From positions 25,034,225 to 25,098,224 of the forward strand of contig CM120640.1 in the NCBI GenBank assembly GCA_051362555.1: DNA of 64,000 bases. The letters run 5' to 3'. Made by a program: the position numbers and the translations under genes. Source of the DNA: Lingula anatina. Lineage: Eukaryota > Animalia > Brachiopoda. A model generated the notes under the pieces. That model made no database searches, was not told the DNA's origin, and saw only the letters and a list, made by a program, of their open reading frames with translations. Shown here one piece after another: positions 42,801 through 51,195 of this stretch; positions within the stretch are counted from its first letter, which is position 1; the number at the start of each line of letters is the position of its first letter.

Positions 42801-45730
42801 CCCTCGAGAATAATAAATGTCTCACGAGAATCAGAAAGAGGGACGATAACGAGCACGTTCCATGGTATTGGAATACGGCTTGCTGATAAGTTTTATGAAT
42901 TATAGCAGAGTTATTGATCATCTATGTAAACAAGTGTCTTCACGTGTTATCTTGCCGGAGCTATCGTCTGCAACCTCAAGCACTTCAGGTGAAATTAATG
43001 AAGCAAAGAGTTCTTACATGAGGAAGTAACTGTTTAAGAAAAATATAGCGATATTCTCAAGCGCATTTTTAAATTGATTTCGCGTGAAATTGTGTCCTCT
43101 TTATGTTTTATCCACAAGGAGGTCAAAATATCAGAAAATTGTGCCCTTAAATATGTATATTTTGGCTTTTCGCCTTCTATATCGTGTCTTACTTTAGAAA
43201 AATGCAAATTTGAAGAATAACTGATGACAGGGGTTTCATTGAAAGCAAGAACAACGGTTACAAGGCTCCTGTGCCTACTGGAATCGAGTGAAGAATGCGT
43301 TTGTTGTTCCCAAAATAAAATGCTTTGCGCTGTACAGTCTAAAATCTGAGCCTATAAAGACTTAGCTGGCTAAGTTGCACTTCACAGTTGTAAGAATCTT
43401 ACAGATAGCCTAGGCCAGAAATAACTGATAAGTTGCAATGACTCACTGTAAAAAAGGTTGGTAGATTGCATGAATCTATTTGTGGTCTAAATTTTGTCTT
43501 TTATGCATATGTTTAATGAGAATAGCATCCAAAGGTTAAGGTTGGGCTTTCACTACACCAATCCCCTATTCCCTTTTTTTCACTTACAAAATGGCAAAAA
43601 TAAAAATAGGTGCAAGAAAAGTTCTGATTTAATCAAAACTAGAGTATTGTTCGCTCATCAACCAAGTTATCAATTTTGCCTCATTTTTTCCAGTCTTTTT
43701 ACTTTCTTTTCACTTTCCTTTGATTTACATTTTGATTGTCTTGGCAAGTCTTTTACTTGCAGTGGTGTCAGTAGCCCATTTATGTATATTCTACTCATCA
43801 ACTGTGGACCAATCATTCTTTAAAAATTGTAGTTGTAAGACAATATCGCAAAGTTGACTTTGTATAGTTGGCTATCCAGATTTAGCAGTCTAAGCTTAAT
43901 TTTTTTGTGAAACGGTTCCCTTTTTTCAATGAGCCAGTATACAGTACCTAATCAGTATTGAATTTACATATTTTATCTTTATCAGCACAATAAGAATCTT
44001 GCCATCTACTTTGAATTTTCATTGTTATTAACATTTTAGAATTGTTATGGAATTAAGCTAATTATGTTATCAGTAAGAACAAGATGTTATTATAATGATA
44101 CATTTATGTACTGTGTAGATGCCAGTGCACAACTAAATTATGAGGAGAAATTTTTAATACTTTTTGGGATGGAGGAAAAACAATTAATGAGGTTTTGGGG
44201 ATTATCTTAATTTTGTGCAAAATTGGGCAACAGACAATGGTTATTTATGTACTGAAAATATATCAATAAAGCAAAAAAGAATGATAGTGCTTAAGCTTTG
44301 TGGTGGAACCAAAATTTTAAGAAACAGATTTTGTGGGGTTGCAAAATATCGTGTGTATCACGTCTAGAGACCTAGCAGTATAAAAAGCCTTATAATTCTT
44401 GCAAGTGGTTTCTTCTTAGTAATTTGGACATTTAAGGTAAATTGAGGACAACACCGCTTCACTAAGAAATGACGTAAAGTCACAAACTACAACGAAGATG
44501 GACTGTGAATTATACAAAAGTAATGTCTGATCGGAGAGTGGGGGTGCATTCGAAACACATGACCTTTTGTCACTCTTACGTAGTTTTTTTTTTTTAATTA
44601 CACATACACCATAATAATAACTTTAGTTAGAAGACACATTTTGTACGCCTAGTTCTAAGGACATAAGCCTACGGATGTATCCAATATATATTAGATGGGG
44701 TTGGGTTTTTTTACCCCTCCTAAAATAAATTTTAAAACTCGGTCAGAACTTATAATTTGATATTAAATAACTTAATTATAAATTTATAATTGTATATATA
44801 TGCATTTAAAAAAGTCATCAAATCACGTTCCAAGACCTAAATATTTTCGTAATGTACGCCTTATGACACTTGATAACGTTCACGTGATTCAGATGAAGAC
44901 AAAATGTGTCAAAAATATCTTAAATCGATATTGGGAAAGGGTTTAAGGGAATGATGTAAGGCACATGAGTAAACTGTGGTCACATAAAGAGATAATTCTA
45001 GTTTTTTATGTAATTATGCAAACATTTTCCGACTCATGCATGCCTCAAAGTATGGGAAGTTTAAATATTTTAAATATCGAAGGCTTTAAAAATATCCTAT
45101 GTGGATAATATTTACACGTTTTTAATACCAACAAAAATTAGACTGCTTTAAATAGGTATTACGACATGCACGTTTATTTTTGACACATTTTGTCTTCAAC
45201 TTCGGTTGAATTTTTCACAGTGCCTGGTAATGAATGTTTGCTAATTGCTTTCTAAGAGAATGCAGTTTTTGCCGTTTAAAAAATTTGACTTTTCCCTGTC
45301 ACCATTTCGTCTAGTTAATCGTGGATGTAACTGAATTAAAGATTCTATCAATGGCTAAAATATTACAAAAAAAAACATCAAACAACTGAAAATAATGACC
45401 CGCGACAAAAGACGCCCCGAAAAGTTTCTTTTTTCAATTTTTAAAAACTGGGCGACACCTCGAAGGTGGCCGCATTATTGCGTTATTCAAAAAATTCTAG
45501 TTATTTTCGAAGACGTTAAAACGTCAGATTTAGTTGCTAGGCTGATGTAAGTAAAGTTTCACTTGGACAAACAATTCTTACGATTAGTAATATAAAAAAA
45601 GATAAATGGGCCTACACATATACTTGCATTATCTTTATAAAAATCTTTTTCTGTTTCTGCTCAACTCATAACTCATGTTACTGGTGTGGGAGTACTGATA
45701 ACCCGACGCCATGAAGGGAGACGTCAGTTG

Positions 45731-46050
45731 TTAATTATTACCTAAATCAGTAGACGTTTTGAATATAGACATATACTTTCCTTCGTTTCTTCTGCCTTGC
45801 ATTAGTAATATGATCCACTGCTGCTATCTTCCAGGCTATTAATTATTACCTAAATCAGTAGACGTTTTGAATATCAAAATATACATTCACTCGTTTCTTC
45901 TGCCTTGCATTAGTAATATGATCCACTGCTGCTATCTTCCAGGCTATTAATTATTACCTAAATCAGTAGACGTTTTGAATATAAAAATATACATTCAGTC
46001 GTTTCTTCTGCCTGGCATAAGTAATATGATCCACTGCTTCAATCTTCCAG
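45731..46050. repeat. 108-bp tandem repeat, about 3 copies
   Basis: TTAATTATTACCTAAATCAGTAGACGTTTTGAATAT at 45731, 45839 and 45947. Confidence 0.9.
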
Positions 46051-46563
46051 TTTTGTAAATCAATATAATTTGTTTTTTTCATTTTTCAGAATAACAAGTC
46101 AGCTGATTACAAAATGTGTTTCAGAGTACTTGGGTGACTGAACATGCTAAGTCCAGTGTACTTCCAATTGTCTCTCTACAATTCATTACAATCAGAACAA
46201 CCATACTCCCTCAGGCTGCCTCAAAAATGCAGCCACCCTACGCCAAATTACATTATCCACATTTTGGATCAGTGTTCAAATACACGCACACTAAAGTAGC
46301 CTGCGAGAAGTTCACAGCTACCAGCTTAACGGACATCGTACCTATAAAAATTTTAGGGAGAAGGTATGTTGCTCAGAAATTTTCATCAAATTTGCCTGCA
46401 CATTTCACAGACATTGCTTAGAACTTATTACTCTTATTATAAACAAAATGACAGGCAGAATAATCAAAATATAAAATATAAAAGAAAATGTATATGTTGA
46501 TAAGATGTTATTACCAACTTTGCGCATCACTATCAAAGGCCATCCCCTTTGAACAAGTTGACC

Positions 46564-46645
46564 ATTGGTGACAACAAGAACGCCATCATGTGACTATACG
46601 TCAACAAAGGTATAAAAGCGCAAAATTTTAAAAGTGCGTTCACTC
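46564..46645 (+). promoter_or_regulatory. Putative Pol II core promoter (inverted CCAAT, TATA, Inr)
   Basis: ATTGG 46564-46568, TATAAAAG 46611-46618 and TCACTC with A at 46642, placing TATA at -31. Confidence 0.5.
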
Positions 46646-46813
46646 AACAGCGGACAGATCTAGAGCAACAGGAAGGATGCCATGTGCTGCGCCCTGTATC
46701 AAGCACAAAGGACACGGGAGTCGACTCCCATTTCTCCGAATCTTCTACTCATCCTACGTCAACGCATCGCTCTTCGACATGTAGCGATTTGGGGTGAGTG
46801 CAGAAAAATCACC

Positions 46814-46886
46814 AGCCAGGCCAGGAATCGAACCCGGGACCCCTCGCTTACAGGGCGAGTGCTCTTACCTACTGAGCTACCCGACC
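46814..46886 (-). tRNA. tRNA-derived cloverleaf (Thr-TGT-like, non-canonical C33) inside an LTR; probably a Pol III module rather than a translating tRNA
   Basis: GGTCGGG TA GCTC AGTAGGTAA GAGC A CTCGC CCTGTAA GCGAG GGGTC CCGGG TTCGATT CCTGG CCTGGCT; A box and B box intact. Confidence 0.55.
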
Positions 46887-47004
46887 GGTTCTACCTGCCC
46901 CTGGCACTACACTCCTCCCCCCCAAATGCCGAAAGACGCGAGCCCTTTCTCGCAACACCGCTGCCACCATTGTAGCGATTTGGGGTGAGTGCAGAAAAAT
47001 CACC

Positions 47005-47077
47005 AGCCAGGCCAGGAATCGAACCCGGGACCCCTCGCTTACAGGGCGAGTGCTCTTACCTACTGAGCTACCCGGCC
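47005..47077 (-). tRNA. tRNA-derived cloverleaf, copy in middle LTR
   Basis: As the first copy, with one substitution (GGCCGGG) turning a U-G pair into a C-G acceptor-stem pair. Confidence 0.55.
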
Positions 47078-47195
47078 GGTTCTACCTGCCCCTGGCACTA
47101 CACTCCTCCCCCCCAAATGCCGAAAGACGCGAGCCCTATCTCGCAACACCGCTGCCACCATTGTAGCGATTTGGGGTGAGTGCAGAAAAATCACC

Positions 47196-47268
47196 AGCCA
47201 GGCCAGGAATCGAACCCGGGACCCCTCGCTTACAGGGCGAGTGCTCTTACCTACTGAGCTACCCGACC
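47196..47268 (-). tRNA. tRNA-derived cloverleaf, copy in 5' LTR
   Basis: Identical to the 46814-46886 copy by eye. Confidence 0.55.
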
Positions 47269-47519
47269 GGTTCTACCTGCCCCTGGCACTACAGACATAT
47301 TGTTCCCTGCACATGCAGACGTCTAGACGGTGGATTCGGCGTTTCTCTTAGCTGGCCAGCTAAAATCTTCGCTTCTCCCCACGAGGAATCGTCGCTCGGT
47401 CATCTTCGCAGGATACTTCACCTTTTTGCTGTCGTGGGCTGGAGTCGTAGTGTCATTGCATATTCCCATGCTTTCCAGGTTTCTTTTTATTACAGGTCCA
47501 GGAAGCAGACTGCAAACTG

Positions 47520-48430
47520 GTGGGCGCCACCTGTGGGACTTCGACTACACTCCTTAAGGTATGTAATCTTTTTTTCTTTTTGGAAGGGGGGTTTGAGAAA
47601 TGAAAGAAATCTAATCTCGTTTTTATTTCTGTTTACAGGACATGGAAGATGATGGGCGCCACCTGTGGGACTTCGACTACACTCCTTAAGGTATGTAATC
47701 TTTTTTTCTTTTTGGAAGGGGAGTTTGAGAAATGAAAGAAATCTAATCTCGTTTTTATTTCTGTTTACAGGACATAGAAGATGATGGGCGCCACCTGTGG
47801 GACTTCGACTACACTCCTTAAGGTATGTAATCTTTTTTTCTTTTTGGAAGGGGGGTTTGAGAAATGAAAGAAATCTAATCTCGTTTTTATTTCTGTTTAC
47901 AGGACATGGAAGATGATGGGCGCCACCTGTGGGACTTCGACTACACTCCTTAAGGTATGTAATCTTTTTTTCTTTTTGGAAGGGGAGTTTGAGAAATGAA
48001 AGAAATCTAATCTCGTTTTTATTTCTGTTTACAGGACAAAGAAGATGATGGGCGCCACCTGTGGGACTTCGACTACACTCCTTAAGGTATGTAATCTTTT
48101 TTTCTTTTTGGAAGGGGAGTTTGAGAAATGAAAGAAATCTAATCTCGTTTTTATTTATGTTTACAGGACAAAGAAGATGATGGGCGCCACCTGTGGGACT
48201 TCGACTACACTCCTTAAGGTATGTAATCTTTTTTTCTTTTTGGAAGGGGAGTTTGAGAAATGAAAGAAATCTAATCTCGTTTTTATTTGTGTTTACAGGA
48301 CATAGAAGATGATGGGCGCCACCTGTGGGACTTCGTCTACACTCCTTAAGGTATGTAATCTTTTTTTCTTGTTGGAAGGGGGGTTTGAGAAATGAAAGAA
48401 ATCTAATCTCGTTTTTATTTCTGTTTACAG
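47520..48430 (+). repeat. 132-bp tandem repeat, about 7 copies; each unit is a 52-nt exon-like block plus an 80-nt GT-AG intron
   Basis: AAG|GTATGT ... TCTAAT ... TTTCTGTTTACAG|G recurs every 132 bp with few substitutions. Confidence 0.95.
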
Positions 48431-48491
48431 GACACAACTGCAAGGAGACACCCCACATCTACACTTAAGCTACTTCGACCTTCCCTTGGAG

Positions 48492-49400
48492 CCAGCGAGT
48501 CCTGCCATGGTCTGTCTACGAGGTGGCGGCACAGGGGAAGCCTCCAGCGAGTCCTGCCATGGTCTGTCTACGAGGTGGCTGCACCGGGGAAGCGTCCAGC
48601 GAGTCCTGCCATGGTCTGTCTACGAGGTGGCTGCATTGGGGAAGCGTCCAGCGAGTCCTGTCATGGTCTGTCTACGGGGTGGCTGCACTGGGGAAGCGTC
48701 CAGCGAGTCCTGTCATGGTCTGGCTACGAGGTGGCTGCACTGGGGAAGCGTCCAGCGAGTCCTGCCATGGTCTGTCTACGAGGTGGCTGCACTGGGGAAG
48801 CGTCCAGCGAGTCTTGTCATATGGTGTTTCAATGAGATGGAAACCACTTAAAGGTAAGCCTGACTGCAGAGTGCTGACATAGTATGAAAAGTCATTAATT
48901 CATTTTTCTTTCTGTTGACAGAACACAACTGCAAGGAGACGTCCCACATCTACGCTTAAGCTACTTTGACCATTCCTTGGTGCCAGCGAGTCCTGCCATG
49001 GTCTGTCTCTTTGATGTGGCTGCACTGGGGAAGCGTCCAGCGAGTCCTGTCATGGCCTGTCTACGTGGTGGCTGCATTAAGGAAGCGTCCGGCGAGTCGT
49101 GCCATGGTCTATCTGCGAGGTGGCTGCACTTGGGAAGCGTCCAGCGAGTCCTGTCATGGTCCGTCTACGAGGTGGCTGCACTGGGGAAGCGTCCAGCGAG
49201 TCCTGCCATGGTCCGTCTACGAGGTAGCTGCACTGGGGAAGCGTCCAGCGAGTCCTGCCATGGTCTGTCTACGAAGTGGCTGCACTAGGAAGCGTCCAGC
49301 GAGTCCTGCCATGGTCCGTCTACGAGGTAGCTGCACTGGGGAAGCGTCCAGCGAGTCCTGCCATGGTCTGTTGAGGAGGCTGCATTGGAGAAGCGTCTGA
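48492..49400 (+). repeat. 52-bp minisatellite in two duplicated blocks (about 6.5 and 8 copies); a diverged single copy near 49935
   Basis: Unit CCAGCGAGTCCTGCCATGGTCTGTCTACGAGGTGGCTGCACTGGGGAAGCGT. Confidence 0.95.
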
Positions 49401-50728
49401 AGCATATGGTGTTTCACTGAGGCGGAAAAACCTGCAAGGTAACCCGTGTTACTGGCGAGAACAATACACTAAAATTAATTTTTCAGCAGCAGTCTGTGCC
49501 ATAAACTTTTCACCCTACTGGCCATTCAGTCCACCTTCTTTCCTAAAAACTAGATATAAATGTCTGAATCTTGATTCACTGGTTCGAATACAAAGTTCAA
49601 TAGGACTAGACTGGATTGCATTAATATTTGTATTAACAAGACCTTGACATTTTTCTCGAATCATGATGTAACAGTTACATTTAAAATAAATCAAAAGCTC
49701 TTTTTCATACTTATAGAAAAAATCTAACAGCCATGTCACCAAATTGACACATTCTGGAAATCTACCGATTCCAACAATTTTTCTGGCTGCAGACTGCTTT
49801 TGAGATACAATTTTTGAAAACTAATCAAAATTTCCTTTCTATTTACAGAACTCATTTAGGGCAATTCCTGATAAAGTCCCGCTTTTTTGAAAGAGGTGCA
49901 AGAAGAGGGTCGCATTCAATCCTTGGTGCATGGTTGAGTCCTGCCATGGTCTGTATGTTAGGGGGCTGCATGGGGGAGCATCGGAAGCATATGGCGTTTC
50001 ACAGAGATGGAAACCCTTAAAAGGTACATATCACTCATGTTTTTTGGGGAAAACAAAACACTTAAGTGATTTTTCATACCTTGAAAAACTAAAAACCGTT
50101 AGCCACATTAATTTGACAGCTCAAATTCAGAAGGCACTGTCTTTTACCCATGACCCACTCCTAGGATTAAGATATTTATGGTTAGTAGATTGGATTTGGG
50201 TGGGAGAAGTAAGGAGGGAAACTTTTGACTTATAATTTTTTTATTTTGTAGTTGAGGCAGATAGCATTGGCGAGCGCCTGTCCTGATGACGGTCCATTTT
50301 AACAAGGTTAACAAGGCTAAAATGGAGAAAGTCATGTCAGCTATATCATATAGTGTTTCAAGAGCCCTTCAATAGTTGTGATCAGAGAGCATTCAAGGTA
50401 AGTTATGGGACAGGATAAGGGTAAATGAACTAGATTGTCATTCATTGTATAGATAATACAAATCTTTTATCAGTGCAACTCCAACAAACTGAGCATTTTG
50501 TGCAAGGTCTTAGACAATTGTTTTAAGAATGTTTGGGACCTGTCACTCGGTGCAGGCATTTGTTTTCCATTTACAATTTACTCTAGCAAATTCAGTGCTC
50601 ATTTTTCACAGGTAAAAAGCTCTTTTAATTTGTCACAGATGTGGAAAAACCTTATCATTCATACAAAATATTTTGACATGCCATTCGTCAACTTTCAGAT
50701 CCTCAACAGTCTCAATATTCTGCAGGAC

Positions 50729-51195
50729 GTTGTCAATGGTCCAGATTACTTGGAGCTACCGCCCCCACCACCCACCACCACCAATGTGACTCCGGGGCGT
50801 GGTCACTGGTCCAGATTACTTGGAGCTACCGCTCCCACCACCCACCACCACCAATGTGACTCCGAGGCGTGGTCACTGGTCCAGATTACTTGGAGCTACC
50901 GCCCCCACCACCCACCACCAACAATGTGACTCCGAGGCGTGGTCAGTGGTCCAGATTACTTGGAGCTACCGCCCCCACCACCCACCACCAACAATGTGAC
51001 TCCGAGGCGTGGTCAGTGGTCCAGATTACTTGGAGCTACCGCCCCCACCACCCACCACCACCAGTGTGACTCCAGGGCGTGGTTACTGGTCCAGATTACA
51101 TGGAGCTACCGCCCCCAACACCCACCACCAATGTGACTCCGGGACGTTGTCGCTGGTCCAGAAATTGTATACTAGCAGCTACCACCCCCACCTCC
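50729..51195 (+). repeat. 70-bp minisatellite, about 6.5 copies, C-rich on the plus strand
   Basis: Unit TGGTCCAGATTACTTGGAGCTACCGCCCCCACCACCCACCACCACCAATGTGACTCCGRGGCGTGGTCAC. Confidence 0.95.

Larger units (their letters stand above)
46780..47293 (-). mobile_element. Tandem TRIM (non-autonomous miniature LTR retrotransposon): LTR-int-LTR-int-LTR with tRNA-derived LTRs
   Basis: Three 132-bp repeats (46780-46911, 46971-47102, 47162-47293) bounded by TGTAG...CTACA; two 59-bp spacers with PBS TGGTGGCAGCGGTG and PPT GGGGGGAGGAG on the minus strand; 4-bp TSD GACA (46776-46779 and 47294-47297). Confidence 0.9.

Noticed and set aside
42360-43030. Coding-like composition suggesting a pseudogene or transposase relic
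   Set aside because: The frames I translated were interrupted by stops and showed no recognisable motif; BLASTX would be needed.
46090-46363. AG/GT-bounded block containing a 101-aa GTG-start ORF
   Set aside because: Stops follow the acceptor in all three frames and there is no recognisable homology; it could be an upstream non-coding exon but this is unsupported.
46814-47268. Ordinary tandem tRNA gene cluster or simple SINE trimer
   Set aside because: The array starts and ends exactly at TGTAG/CTACA with a TSD, has 3 repeats but only 2 spacers carrying PBS and PPT, lacks a SINE-type tail, and has C33 in the anticodon loop.
46794-47652. Repeated ORFs MSAEKSPARPGIEPGTPRLQGECSY...
   Set aside because: Antisense translation of the tRNA-like sequence (GIEPGT is the reversed B box); GTG starts.
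46780-48430. LTR length (132 bp) equals the adjacent tandem unit length (132 bp), and the 52-nt exon equals the 52-bp minisatellite length
   Set aside because: No sequence similarity is visible between these units; treated as coincidence.
47490-48458. 322-aa minus-strand ORF with 44-aa repeats
   Set aside because: By-product of a 132-bp (44-codon) unit that lacks stops in one frame; canonical splice signals lie on the opposite strand and there is no domain similarity.
46780-51195. CRISPR-like appearance of regularly spaced repeats
   Set aside because: Inter-repeat sequences are themselves repeated (no unique spacers), there are no cas genes, and the context is eukaryotic and spliced.
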